DNA of 64,000 nt from an uncultured Planctomycetota bacterium (lineage in GTDB: Bacteria > Planctomycetota > PLA2 > JAEUHO01). The stretch spans positions 512,001 to 576,000 of the forward strand of contig CAVVXN010000005.1 in assembly GCA_963752285.1 (NCBI GenBank), in the 5' to 3' direction. The notes under the pieces were generated by a model that was not told the DNA's origin, did no database searches, and was given only the letters and a program-made list of their open reading frames with translations. Each line of letters opens with the position of its first letter. Within the stretch, counting starts at the first letter, position 1. The position numbers were made by a program, and so were the translations under genes. Positions 9,713 to 19,742 of this stretch are shown piece after piece.

Positions 9713-11455
9713 CTAGCGACCGGCGTCGGGCGTGACCTTGCCCTCGGCGACGAGACGCAGGGCAAGCGCGCGCGCGGCCTCGCGCTGCGCCACGAGCGGG
9801 GCGTGGTCCTCGCCCGCGAGACTCTCGGCCGCGCGGAGCGCCCGCCGGTAGAGCTCGTCGTACCGTCCCGCCTTCTCGTACATCTCGGAGAGGTACGTCC
9901 ACGCGTCCAGGTAGCCGTCGTCCGACCACGCGAGCGAGGCGAGGAACCGTGCCTCGGCGCGCACGAGGTCTTGCACCGGCTCGTAGCGGTAGAGGATCAC
10001 GCCGGTGTCGCAGACGATCTGGGCGAACGCGTAGCGCCGCGCCCACGGTACGCCACGGCCCGCCTCGGGCGACCACGGGCCCACCGCGCGCGTCGCCTCC
10101 TCGTACGCGCGCACGGACGCGTCGAGCACGGGCCTCCACGCCTCGTCCGCCGCGTGCGCGGACCACGCCTCGCGCAGCAGGAACGCGAGGTTGTTCCACA
10201 CGTACGGGTTCGTGGGCGCGCGCGCGAGGAGGTCCTCGTACGCGTGCTCCACTTCGTGGAGGCCGTCGAGGGTCGCCTTCGCCTTCGCGAGGCCGTCCGC
10301 CCGGATGCGCCGGTCGATCGACTCCGCGGCCGCGAGCTGTCGGGGGTCGGCGGCGAGGGCGCGCCGCCACCACACCACGGCCGCGGCCTCGTCGTGCTCG
10401 AGGGCGGCGATCTCGCCCCGGAGCTCCAGCGCGTCCGCGTCCTCGGGGCGCTCGGCGAGGCAGGCCTCGACGAGAGGGAGCGCCTTCGCCCCGTCCTTCT
10501 TCCCGACCTCCACCCACGCCTCGACGAGGAGCACGCGCACGAGCGCGGGGTGGTCGTGCGCGAGGCGCCCGAGCGCCGTGGACAGCCCGGTCGGGTCGTT
10601 CTGGTGGAGCGCGATCACGCCGCGGAGCGGCAGGGGGTCCTCCGGTTCGAGCACGAGGGCGTGGGCGTAGGCGGCGTCCGCCTCGTCCCGTTCCCCGAGC
10701 ATCTGGTCGGTCCACGCGAGGAGGATCCACGCTTCCTTCCGCGACGGGTCGGCGCTGGACGCGGCGTCGAGCGTCCCGCGCGCGCGCTCGAAGAGGCGGC
10801 GCGCCGCCTCGGGGACGGGCCATCCGCCGCCCGCGTCCCGGACGACCTTCCGGCCGTGCTCGTAGAGGAGCCGGCCCTTCAGCACGAGCACGTCGAGGCT
10901 CGCGTCGGGCGCGTGGCCGAGGAGCCGGTCGAGCGCGTCCACGGCTTCGTCGTCGGCGTTCGTCGCGGCGAGGGCACGGGCGAGGAGCAGCGCCGCGTCC
11001 TCGTCGTCGGGTCTCGCGTCCACGACCGCCCTCAGGTGCGTCGTCGCGCCGAGCGCCGCGGCGCCCTCCACGCCCGAGGAGGTGGAGGCGGTCGCGCGCG
11101 CGAGGAGCAGCTCGCCGAGCGCGAGGCGCACGTCCAGGTCGTCGCCCTGGGCGTCGAAGAGCGCCTGGAGCGCCCGCTCCGCGCGCGCCTGATAGGCCGG
11201 CGCGGGCGCGCGCGCCGCGGTGCGCCCGAGCCCCAGCGCGGCCTCGCGGTCGTCGGGCGTCCTCGCGAGCGCCTCGGCGTAGGCCGCGGCCGCGGCCGCG
11301 AGGTCGCCCCGCGCCTCGATCGCGCGCGCGTGCGCGACGTCGTCCGGGCCGGCGTGCGCCGGGACCACGATCGCGAGGACCGCGATCCCGAGCGCGAGGG
11401 GCCCGCGTCGGGTCCCTCGTCGCGGGCTCGGCGGGGAGGCGCCGGCGCGGGTCAG
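9713..11455 (-). CDS. exported TPR-repeat protein
   Basis: Signal peptide ending AHA, multiple TPR-like repeats, WNNLAFLL; start uncertain (possibly CTG). Confidence 0.75.
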   Translation of the reverse strand: MTRAGASPPSPRRGTRRGPLALGIAVLAIVVPAHAGPDDVAHARAIEARGDLAAAAAAYAEALARTPDDREAALGLGRTAARAPAPAYQARAERALQALFDAQGDDLDVRLALGELLLARATASTSSGVEGAAALGATTHLRAVVDARPDDEDAALLLARALAATNADDEAVDALDRLLGHAPDASLDVLVLKGRLLYEHGRKVVRDAGGGWPVPEAARRLFERARGTLDAASSADPSRKEAWILLAWTDQMLGERDEADAAYAHALVLEPEDPLPLRGVIALHQNDPTGLSTALGRLAHDHPALVRVLLVEAWVEVGKKDGAKALPLVEACLAERPEDADALELRGEIAALEHDEAAAVVWWRRALAADPRQLAAAESIDRRIRADGLAKAKATLDGLHEVEHAYEDLLARAPTNPYVWNNLAFLLREAWSAHAADEAWRPVLDASVRAYEEATRAVGPWSPEAGRGVPWARRYAFAQIVCDTGVILYRYEPVQDLVRAEARFLASLAWSDDGYLDAWTYLSEMYEKAGRYDELYRRALRAAESLAGEDHAPLVAQREAARALALRLVAEGKVTPDAGR

Positions 11456-11721
11456 GGCGCGGGGGCCCCCGCCTTCGCGCCGCCGTTCGCCTCCTCCACC
11501 GCCGGGATGACGAACCGGATCCAGCGCGTCGTGTTCGGCGCCGCGTCGTCCACGCTGAGGAGTCCGCGCCGCGCCAGGCGCGCCACGGCCTGCCTCACGT
11601 CCACCAGCATGCGACCCGTGTCGCTCGAGATGCGGGCGAGGTCGAGCCATCCGTCGCTCTCGCGGGCGTGCGCGAGCACGTAGCGCAGTGCGGCGTCCTC
11701 GAGCGGCGTGAGGGGCTTCAT
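11452..11721 (-). CDS. small winged-helix protein (89 aa)
   Basis: LTPLE..ISSDTG..VRQAVARLARRGLL pattern; GAGGA upstream. Confidence 0.6.
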   Translation of the reverse strand: MKPLTPLEDAALRYVLAHARESDGWLDLARISSDTGRMLVDVRQAVARLARRGLLSVDDAAPNTTRWIRFVIPAVEEANGGAKAGAPAP

Positions 11722-11779
11722 GTTCGGATCCTCGTGCGTCCCGGATCTCGCGTGAGGATATCGAAGGGGACGCGGCGCG

Positions 11780-12826
11780 CTAGCGGCGGGCGGCCTGGCC
11801 CGCTTTTCCGAGGAGGCCCTCGGAGACGAGTCGCACGGGGTAGCAGGCGCCCGGTCCGGCCTGGAGGGCCTCGTCGAGGCCCTCGGGCGTCGGCTCCGGC
11901 ACCACGACGAGCACCGAGCCGCCTCCGCCCGCGCCGAGGATCTTCGTGCCGATCGCCCCGGCGGCGCGCGCGGCGACCTCCACCGCGTCCGTGGCGTCGG
12001 TCGCGACGCCGGGCGCGAGACGTCGGCGGACGCGGCCCTCCTCGACCACGAGGCGCAGCGCGAGATCGAGGTCGCCGGCCCGGAGCGCGGCCGCGACGTC
12101 GCGCGCGACCTGCGCGATCTCGTGGACCGCCTCCGTCGTTCGTGCTTCGCCGTCGAGGTACGCGCGGAGGACGCCCCAGTTCGTGAGGCCCGAGGCGTGC
12201 GGCGCGCCCGTGAACACGAGGCGGAGCCGCCGGCCGAGGGCCGCGAGGTCCACCGGGAGCGACGCCACGCGGGGACCGCCGATCCCGCCCGTGATCGCGA
12301 GGCACCCGCCGTAAAGCGCCGGGAGGTAGTCCTGGTAGCCCGTGGGACCGCGGAGGAGCGCCGTCTCGATCTCCTGCGCGCGGCGTGCGAGCGCCGGGGG
12401 GTCGAGCGCGGCGCCGTCGAGCGTGCGGAGCGCGCCGAGGATCGCCACGAGCAGCGCGGACGAGCCGCCCAGCCCGCCGCCGGCGGGGCTCCGTGCGGAC
12501 GTCGTGAGGTCGAGCCCCGACGCGGGGCCGTCGTTGAGCGCGGCGAGCCCGAGGAGCGGGAGCGGGGCCTGGCCCCGCGCCAGGTCCTCGGCGAGCGCGT
12601 CCCGCGACGGGTGGACGGCCTCCCGGGCCCCGTCCGCGCTGACGAGACGGATCCGTCCGTCCTCGCGCGCCCGCGCGACCGCGCGGCAGGGGAGGTCGAG
12701 CGCCACGTTGACGGTCACCACGGGCGGCGGCAGGAGCAGCGGCAGCGGCCAGACGTCGAGCGTGCCTCCGGCGAGGTCGATCCGAACCGGCGCGACCGCG
12801 GTCGCCTCCTTCGGGGGTCGGCGCAT
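11780..12826 (-). CDS. GHMP sugar kinase, HddA (heptose-7-phosphate kinase)-like
   Basis: PVRIDLAGG, PAGGGLGGSS, GYQD, KILGAGGGG motifs. Confidence 0.88.
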   Translation of the reverse strand: MRRPPKEATAVAPVRIDLAGGTLDVWPLPLLLPPPVVTVNVALDLPCRAVARAREDGRIRLVSADGAREAVHPSRDALAEDLARGQAPLPLLGLAALNDGPASGLDLTTSARSPAGGGLGGSSALLVAILGALRTLDGAALDPPALARRAQEIETALLRGPTGYQDYLPALYGGCLAITGGIGGPRVASLPVDLAALGRRLRLVFTGAPHASGLTNWGVLRAYLDGEARTTEAVHEIAQVARDVAAALRAGDLDLALRLVVEEGRVRRRLAPGVATDATDAVEVAARAAGAIGTKILGAGGGGSVLVVVPEPTPEGLDEALQAGPGACYPVRLVSEGLLGKAGQAARR

Positions 12827-12881
12827 CGCCCCATGATGCCCGGGGCCGCCGACCGGACCCCCTCCCGGTACGATCCAGGCC

Positions 12882-13727
12882 ATGCGCCACCCGCAAGACG
12901 GAAGCCGGACCGACGGTCCCGTCCGCGTCGGCCTCACCAGCTCGACGCTCCCCGAGACCGAGCTACGCGGCGGTCCGCGCCACGCCGTGGCGCACCTCTA
13001 CACGCGCTGCGTGGTCGCGGCGGGCGGCCTCCCCGTCCTCCTCCCGAGCGTCGCCCCGTCGCTCGTCCCCGCGTACCTCGCCGACCTCGACGCGGTGCTC
13101 CTGACCGGAGGTCTCGACGTGGACCCGGCCGAGTACGGAGAGCCGCCGCACCCAAAGCTCGGCGTCGTGGACCAGGACCGCGACCGCTTCGAGATCGCGC
13201 TCGCCAAGGAGGCCTGCACGCGTGGGGTGCCGGTCCTCGGCATCTGTCGCGGCGTGCAGCTCCTGGCGGTGGCGTTCGGCGGGACGCTCCACCAGCACGT
13301 GCCCGACGACGTCCCCGGCGCGATGCGGCACGACCAGGAGCACGTACGCGTCGATGCCGCGAGCCACGAGGTGACGGTCGTCTCGGGCACGCGACTCCAC
13401 GCGATCCTCGGGACGACGAGGCTTCGCGTGAACTCGTTCCACCACCAGGCGGTGGCGCGCGTACCCGACGGGTTCGTGGCGACCGCGTCCACGTCGGACG
13501 GCGTCGTGGAGGCGATGGAGGATCCGCTCCGCGGGTTCGTGGTCGGCGTGCAGTGGCACCCCGAGCGGCGCCCGGACGACCCGGCGAGCCGCGCGCTCTT
13601 CGCGGCCCACGTGGCCGCGGCCCGGGGGCGCCGGGACGGCGGGTCGGTCGGCGTCGAAGAGGGGGCTCAGGCGGCGAGACCCCGGGGTCCGATGGAGGCT
13701 CGTGGGGTGCCCCTGGAGACCGAATGA
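12882..13727 (+). CDS. gamma-glutamyl-gamma-aminobutyrate hydrolase family (peptidase C26)
   Basis: LLTGGLDVDP, GICRGVQ, VNSFHHQA, VQWHPE. Confidence 0.92.
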   Translation: MRHPQDGSRTDGPVRVGLTSSTLPETELRGGPRHAVAHLYTRCVVAAGGLPVLLPSVAPSLVPAYLADLDAVLLTGGLDVDPAEYGEPPHPKLGVVDQDRDRFEIALAKEACTRGVPVLGICRGVQLLAVAFGGTLHQHVPDDVPGAMRHDQEHVRVDAASHEVTVVSGTRLHAILGTTRLRVNSFHHQAVARVPDGFVATASTSDGVVEAMEDPLRGFVVGVQWHPERRPDDPASRALFAAHVAAARGRRDGGSVGVEEGAQAARPRGPMEARGVPLETE

Positions 13728-15202
13728 CCCCCCGTTTCAAGGCCGCGCTGACGATCCTCGCCGCCCTCGCCTTCGGCACCCTGGCCATCTGGCTCGTCCT
13801 CGGCTCGGGGGGCAAGACGCCGCTGCCCGGGGGCGGGGCGATCTCCTCGTCGCCGCCGCTGGTCCCGGTCGCTCCGGGACCCGGTCCCTCGGTCCCGGAC
13901 GGCACGAGCCCCGCCGGGCCCGACGACCCCGGGGCGCCCGGTCCGGACGTGCTCCACCGGGGCTCCGACGGGGTGATCGGGCTCCGCACGCCGTCGGGCA
14001 TGGACCTCTCCGACCCCGCGCAGCGCAACGCGTGGCTGCTCGAGCTGCTCGGGACGCGGCCGACCGACTGGACGCAGATCGCACGGCTCGTGGGGATGGT
14101 GGAGGGCACGCTCGACGAGGCCGTCCGCACGCGGCTCCTGACGGAGCTCCGGTCCGGGCAGCGCATCGGCGCCAAGGAGGCGCTCGCCGCCTCGCACGAC
14201 CCGACCCTCGTGCAGGACCTGCTCGGCATGCTCGACGCCGACGACCTGACGGCCGGCGGGCGGAGCGCGGTGCTCGACGTCCTCGCGCGCATGCCCGGCG
14301 CGACGGCGTCCGAGGTCGTGCGGGGGATCGAGGCCCGTCTCGACGGCACGGCGCGCCACGACGGACCGTACCTCCTCGCGATCGGCCGCCGCGGAGGCCG
14401 CGAGGCGGGTCGCGCGCTCGTCGAGTACCTGGGACGCATGCACGACCCGCTCTCGGCGCCGCGCATCGGCCACCTGGGTCTCGACCTGAAGTCGGACACG
14501 GAGGCCGCGGCCGTGGTCGCGCACGCGCTCGACCAGGCGACGTCCTCCGAGCTCCAGCAGGCGCTTCTCGAGATCTCGGCGCAGCCCGGGGCCGAGTCGC
14601 TCGTCGAGTCCGTCGCGCGCCTCGACGCCGAGGGGCAGCCCGAGACCGTCCGGCGCGCGGCCCTGGGCGCGCTCGCGTCGATCGGCACGGGCTCCGCGAT
14701 GTCTCGCCTGCTCGACGCCGCTTCCGGACCGGGCGTGTTCGGCGAGGCGGCGCTCGACTGCCTCGGCGGGGTCACGTCGGCCGACGCGAAGGCGCGCGAG
14801 GAGCTGATGCAGGCGCTGGAGGACGTGGACCGCAACCCGCGGCCCGAGCAGGCGCGCGTCGCGTTGCTCCAGGCACTCGGGAACCTCCAGCACCCGCCCG
14901 CGCTCGTGCCCCTCGCGAAGGCCGTGAACGACCCGAACCCGCAGGTGCGCGCGGTGGCCGTCTCGGGCCTCGGGCGCATGGGCGCGGCCGCCCAGCCGTA
15001 CGTCCCGAAGCTCCTCGAGACGTACGACGCCGGGGACGAGTCGGTCCGACACGGGGTGATCCTGGCGCTCGGAGGGGTCGGGGGCGACGAGTCGGTCGCG
15101 TTCCTGACGCGTCTCCAGGCCGACACGTCGCTCTCCCCGAAGCTCCAGCAGGCGGTCCGGGTCTCGATGGTCCGCCTGGGCCTCACGCCCTCGTCCGACT
15201 GA
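13724..15202 (+). CDS. membrane-anchored HEAT-repeat protein
   Basis: N-terminal TM, Pro-rich linker, HEAT-like repeats; ATGA overlap with upstream gene. Confidence 0.8.
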   Translation: MTPRFKAALTILAALAFGTLAIWLVLGSGGKTPLPGGGAISSSPPLVPVAPGPGPSVPDGTSPAGPDDPGAPGPDVLHRGSDGVIGLRTPSGMDLSDPAQRNAWLLELLGTRPTDWTQIARLVGMVEGTLDEAVRTRLLTELRSGQRIGAKEALAASHDPTLVQDLLGMLDADDLTAGGRSAVLDVLARMPGATASEVVRGIEARLDGTARHDGPYLLAIGRRGGREAGRALVEYLGRMHDPLSAPRIGHLGLDLKSDTEAAAVVAHALDQATSSELQQALLEISAQPGAESLVESVARLDAEGQPETVRRAALGALASIGTGSAMSRLLDAASGPGVFGEAALDCLGGVTSADAKAREELMQALEDVDRNPRPEQARVALLQALGNLQHPPALVPLAKAVNDPNPQVRAVAVSGLGRMGAAAQPYVPKLLETYDAGDESVRHGVILALGGVGGDESVAFLTRLQADTSLSPKLQQAVRVSMVRLGLTPSSD

Positions 15203-15318
15203 GGGCTCCGCGTCGGTCGTCGCGGCCGCCGGTCGGAGCCCCGCGCCGTCCCGCGCGGGATCCCGCGCCGCTCCGACGCGGACCCCGAGGGCGCCCGGGT
15301 CGGACGTAGAGTCGCCCG

Positions 15319-16644
15319 GTGGCCCCGGCGGGACGTTTCGATCCTCCGGGAGAGCACGCCCCGTTGAGATCCCGCCCGGCCGTCCTCCTGCTGCTCCTCT
15401 TCCTGCTCGCGCCCGCCGCGCGCGCGGCGGACCCCGAGCGTCAGCTCGTCGAGGACCTCAAGCGGGCGCTCAAGCGCGGCGAGGCGGGCGAGCGGGTCGC
15501 GGTGCTCGAGCGGATGACCCGCGCCGCGTCCCAGCTCGAGGCGGCCCGCCGGCGGAGCGCCGCGGTGTACATCGCGAAGGCCCTCCCCGAGGAGCCGACC
15601 GCCGAGGTGCGCGCGGCGATGATCCGCACGCTCTCGCACCTGGGCGGTTCCACGGGCTGGGTGCCGATCCTCCTCGCGTGGCGTGCCGGCGGCGCCGACG
15701 ACGTCGTCCGCCACGCGGCCCGCCAGGCGCTGCTCTGGGGGGGCGGCGACTACCTCGACGTCGTGAAGCGGCTCCTCTCGGAGGACGACGACCCGACGTT
15801 CCGCGCCGACCTCCTGCTCCTCCTGGGCGACCGCCGAAAGGCGGACGTGGTGCCGCTCCTGCTGGACGCCCTCGAGAAGGACCACGACCTCGGCGTGAGG
15901 AGCGCCGCGGCCGAGGCGCTCGAGGCCGTGACGAGGGAGGCGAAGGGGTACGACGTCGCCGCGTGGCGGGCGTGGTGGGACGCCCGCCCGGAGGCGGCGC
16001 CCCCGGAGGTGGAGGGCGGGGGCGAGACGACGACCGGGACCGCGCCCGATCCCGGCGAGATCCCCGAGCCGCCGCCCGTCGTGACGCGGTCGCTCGTGCC
16101 CAGCTTCTACGGGATGCCGATCCACGCGAAGGACGTCGTGTTCGTCGTGGACGTCTCGGGTTCGGTGGGGAACGGCGGCGTCAACCGCGCGAAGAAGGAG
16201 GTGATCGACGCGGTCGAGCTCCTCGGCTCCGACGTTCACGTCGCCGCGCTCTTCTTCGACGAAGACGTCCGGATGTGGAAGCCGGAGATGGTCCTGGCCA
16301 CGCCCGCGAACAAGGCCGCGCTCGCGCTCTTCCTCCGCGGCATCGGTCCGGGGCGGCGTACGGACATCATGACCCCGTTGAACGCCGGGGTCGAGATCGT
16401 GGAGCGACGCGTGAAGGCGCTGGAGCGGGCCGGCGCGCCGATCCGCGAGGCGGTCGCGATGATCGTCGTGAGCGACGGCGTGCAGACCGCGTCCCGCACG
16501 CCGCCCGCGGCGGTCGAGGAGAAGCTGGCGCGGCTCGACCCCGCGCACACGGTGATCCACTGCATCGCGCTCGGCGGGAAGGGGAGCGCGCTCCTCTTCG
16601 ACCTCGCGCGTCTCGGCGGCGGACGCTACATCGAAGTGCGCTGA
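15319..16644 (+). CDS. exported HEAT-repeat + vWA domain protein
   Basis: Signal peptide (ARA), HEAT repeats, SFYG..VVFVVDVSGS MIDAS, SDG; alternative TTG start 15364. Confidence 0.82.
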   Translation: MAPAGRFDPPGEHAPLRSRPAVLLLLLFLLAPAARAADPERQLVEDLKRALKRGEAGERVAVLERMTRAASQLEAARRRSAAVYIAKALPEEPTAEVRAAMIRTLSHLGGSTGWVPILLAWRAGGADDVVRHAARQALLWGGGDYLDVVKRLLSEDDDPTFRADLLLLLGDRRKADVVPLLLDALEKDHDLGVRSAAAEALEAVTREAKGYDVAAWRAWWDARPEAAPPEVEGGGETTTGTAPDPGEIPEPPPVVTRSLVPSFYGMPIHAKDVVFVVDVSGSVGNGGVNRAKKEVIDAVELLGSDVHVAALFFDEDVRMWKPEMVLATPANKAALALFLRGIGPGRRTDIMTPLNAGVEIVERRVKALERAGAPIREAVAMIVVSDGVQTASRTPPAAVEEKLARLDPAHTVIHCIALGGKGSALLFDLARLGGGRYIEVR

Positions 16645-16653
16645 GCCCGGCCC

Positions 16654-17580
16654 TCAGCGCGGGGCCGACAGCGCCTCGCCCAGGGGCGTCTCCTGCGTGG
16701 GGGCCGTGGCCCACGACCTCAGGTCGTCCGATACCGCACCCCACCGTGCGAGCTGCTCGAGCGCGCGCACGCGGAGGTGCAGGGGACGGCTCCCGTCCCG
16801 CACGACCGTCTCGAGCAACGCCGGCGCGGTGTCGCGCGAGGCGGGGGGGACGTGGGAGAGGAAGAAGACGGCGGCGTCCGCCGTCGCGTCGTTCGTGAGC
16901 CCCGAGCCGAGCGCCTGCTCGACGAGCGGCGCGAGCGGCGCGGCGTCGCCCTCGGCGAGCGCCGCGGCGGCGTCGTACGCGAGCGCGCCGAGCGTGCCGC
17001 GACGCGTGACGGGGAGCAGTCGCTCGAGCACGTACGCGCGGACGCGCGCGCGCTCGTCCTCGCCCGCCTGCGACACGACCTCGGGCAGGTGGAGCAGCGC
17101 GTCCTTCGCGATCAGGTCGGGCATGTCGGGCCGCAACGCGTTCATCGAGAGCCGGAGCGAGGACGCGGTCCGGGGCGCGATGCCCTCCGGGACGACGAGG
17201 TCGGCCCCGGGGACCGGGACGGGGAGCCACGGAGCGGAGTCGGGCTCCGTCACCACGACGTCGGGTGTGCGGGGCCCCTCGGCGGGCGCGGGGCGAGGCG
17301 TCGGCCCCGGCGCGGGCGCCGCCGGACGGTCGGCGGGCGGGGTGGCGCCGGGCGCCGCGTGCGGGGTCGGGCTCGTTGGCGTGGGGTGGATCGCCGTGGC
17401 CGGTCCGCCCTGGGACGCGAACTGCCAGATCGCCGCTCCGATGGCGACCACCGCGATCAGGACCATCGCGAGCGGCTTGCCGGTGGGCGACACCTTCTGT
17501 CGCCCGAGTCGCTCCAGGTCGAAGACCAGACCCTGCCGCTTGGGCCCGGTGCGCTCCGGGTCGGATTCGTCGTGGATCAT
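16654..17580 (-). CDS. hypothetical membrane-anchored protein with Pro-rich linker and helical C-terminus
   Basis: ATG 17580 with GGGAG upstream, single TM, coding-like composition. Confidence 0.7.
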   Translation of the reverse strand: MIHDESDPERTGPKRQGLVFDLERLGRQKVSPTGKPLAMVLIAVVAIGAAIWQFASQGGPATAIHPTPTSPTPHAAPGATPPADRPAAPAPGPTPRPAPAEGPRTPDVVVTEPDSAPWLPVPVPGADLVVPEGIAPRTASSLRLSMNALRPDMPDLIAKDALLHLPEVVSQAGEDERARVRAYVLERLLPVTRRGTLGALAYDAAAALAEGDAAPLAPLVEQALGSGLTNDATADAAVFFLSHVPPASRDTAPALLETVVRDGSRPLHLRVRALEQLARWGAVSDDLRSWATAPTQETPLGEALSAPR

Positions 17581-17628
17581 CGATCGCTCCCGGGGTCGGC
17601 GGGCCTCTCCCATCGTACGATCCGCCCG

Positions 17629-18789
17629 ATGGATCTCCTGCTCGAGACGGCCGGCGAGAGCCACGGACCCGGAATCGTGGCGATCCTGGCGGGCATCCCC
17701 ACCGGTTCCCCCGTGCCGACCGGGTACGTCAACGCGAGGCTCGCCGCCCGGCAGCGCGGCCGCGGCCGGAGCGCCCGCCAGCAGACCGAGAAGGACGAGG
17801 TCCGGTTCCTCGCCGGGGTCCGGGACGAGCGCGCGACGGGCAACCCGATCGCCCTCCTCGTCGAGAACCGGGACCCCAAGTACCGGGACCTGCCGCCCGT
17901 CACCGCGCCGCGGCCCGGGCACGCGGACCTGGCGGGGGCGATGAACCGCGGCGTCGTGGACGCGCGCGACGTGATCGAGCGGGCGAGCGCGCGCGAGACG
18001 GCGGCGAGGGTCGCGGCGGGGGCCGTCGCCGCCGCGTTCCTGGACGCGCTGGGCGTGGTCGTGCTCGGCCACGTCGTCCGGGTGGGGGGGTTCGACGTGG
18101 CCGGCCCGCCCGGCGACGACCTGGAGGTCGCGCGTCACCGGCGCGACGACTCGGACCTCCACGCGCTCGGGATCGCGGCCCTCCAGGACGCGGGCCGGGT
18201 CGCGATCGACGCCGCGCAGGCGTCGGGCGACACGCTCGGCGGCGTGGTGGAGGTCGTGGCGACGGGCGTCCCGCCGGGCCTCGGCGGCCACGAGCGCCCG
18301 GAGACGAAGCTCTCCACGGGCCTCGCCGCGGCCCTGATGGGCGTCCCCGCGGTCCGCGGCGTCGAGGTGGGCTTGGGCTTCGCGGCCGCGGACGTGCCCG
18401 GGAGCCGCATGCACGACGCGATCCTCCCGGCGGGCGATGGCGGCCCGCCCCGACGCGGCTCGAACCACGCCGGGGGGATCGAGGGGGGCACGAGCAACGG
18501 CCAGCCGATCGTCGTGCGCGCGGCGATGAAGCCGCTCGCGACGCTCCGGCACCCGCTCCCGAGCGTGGACCTCGCGAGCGGGGCCGTCGCGCCCGCGCGC
18601 TACGAACGGAGCGACGTCACGGCGGTGCCGCGACTGGCGATCGTGGCCGAGGCGGTGGTGGCCCTCGAGCTGGCGCGGCACGTCCGCAGGCGCTTCGGGG
18701 GCGCGCACCTGGACGACGTCCGGGCCGCGCTCGACGGCCAGCGCGAGCGGCTGAGGACGGTGCTCGGCCGGGGGGCGCGCGCGACTTGA
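17629..18789 (+). CDS. aroC: chorismate synthase
   Basis: TAGESHG, PRPGHADL, ERASARET, SNHAGGIEGG, ERSDV motifs. Confidence 0.95.
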   Translation: MDLLLETAGESHGPGIVAILAGIPTGSPVPTGYVNARLAARQRGRGRSARQQTEKDEVRFLAGVRDERATGNPIALLVENRDPKYRDLPPVTAPRPGHADLAGAMNRGVVDARDVIERASARETAARVAAGAVAAAFLDALGVVVLGHVVRVGGFDVAGPPGDDLEVARHRRDDSDLHALGIAALQDAGRVAIDAAQASGDTLGGVVEVVATGVPPGLGGHERPETKLSTGLAAALMGVPAVRGVEVGLGFAAADVPGSRMHDAILPAGDGGPPRRGSNHAGGIEGGTSNGQPIVVRAAMKPLATLRHPLPSVDLASGAVAPARYERSDVTAVPRLAIVAEAVVALELARHVRRRFGGAHLDDVRAALDGQRERLRTVLGRGARAT

Positions 18790-18814
18790 CCCTGCCGGGC
18801 CCCCTAACTACCGT
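18786..18814 (+). promoter_or_regulatory. sigma70-type promoter for tRNA-Thr/Tyr
   Basis: TTGACC-17 nt-TACCGT upstream of the tRNA. Confidence 0.6.
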
Positions 18815-18829
18815 GCTCCGTCCCGGGTC

Positions 18830-18904
18830 GCCGGTGTAGCTCAGCGGTAGAGCAACGGTTTTGTAAACCGTAGGTCGTGAGTTCGATCCTCACCGCCGGC
18901 TCCA
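18830..18904 (+). tRNA. tRNA-Thr(TGT)
   Basis: Cloverleaf, anticodon TGT, GTTCGA T-loop, CCA end. Confidence 0.95.
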
Positions 18905-18950
18905 TCGCCGCTGCACGGGCGCCGGAGCGCAAGCGACTCGAATCCCGGGT

Positions 18951-19036
18951 GGCGGGATACTCAAGTGGTCAACGAGGGCAGACTGTAAATCTGCTGGCTA
19001 TCGCCTTCCCTGGTTCGAATCCAGGTCCCGCCACCA
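18951..19036 (+). tRNA. tRNA-Tyr(GTA)
   Basis: Cloverleaf with long variable arm, anticodon GTA, CCA end. Confidence 0.95.
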
Positions 19037-19114
19037 CTTCTCGTCCGCGTCGGGAGCCACCGGCCGTGCGACGTCCGGGCTCCGCCGCGCGGCGTCGTGC
19101 GAGGGAGGCATCTC

Positions 19115-19702
19115 GTGGACGAGCGGAACGGCGAGATCGAACGGCTCGAGACGGAGATCCGGGAGCGCCAGGAGCGGCTGGCCGAGCTGCGGAGGGCCGG
19201 GCCACGACCCGCGGCGCCGGACCACGCGCTCGTGGGTCCCGACGGCGGCGCGGTCCACCTCGTCGATCTCTTCGGCGCGAAGGACGACCTGCTCCTCGTG
19301 CACAACATGGGTTCGGGCTGCCCGTACTGCACCCTCTGGGCGGACGGCTTCCAGGGCGTCCTCCCGCACCTCGAGGACCGCGCGGCGTTCGTCGTGCTCT
19401 CGCCGGACCCGCCCGAGACGCAGGCCGCCTTCGCACGCGCGCGCGGCTGGCGCTTCCGCATGGTCTCCGACGCCACGGGCGACCTCACGCGCGCGCTCGG
19501 GTTCCTCGGCGAGCACGACGGATGCGCGATGTCCCTGCCCGGGGTGTCGGCGTTCCACCGCGATCCCGACGGCACGATCCGCCGCACGGCGCGTGCGCCC
19601 TTCGGCCCGGGAGACCCGTACGCCGGCATCTGGCACCTGTTCGACCTGCTCGACGGAGGGGCGGCGGGTTGGGAGCCGGCGTTCCGCTACGGAGCCTCGT
19701 AG
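19115..19702 (+). CDS. DUF899 family thioredoxin-like protein
   Basis: LVDLFG, HNMGSGCPYCTLWADG, PGVSAF; GTG with GGGAGG. Confidence 0.85.
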   Translation: MDERNGEIERLETEIRERQERLAELRRAGPRPAAPDHALVGPDGGAVHLVDLFGAKDDLLLVHNMGSGCPYCTLWADGFQGVLPHLEDRAAFVVLSPDPPETQAAFARARGWRFRMVSDATGDLTRALGFLGEHDGCAMSLPGVSAFHRDPDGTIRRTARAPFGPGDPYAGIWHLFDLLDGGAAGWEPAFRYGAS

Positions 19703-19742
19703 GCGAGCGGTATCCTCCCGCGGCGGACGTCGGGAGGAGACC

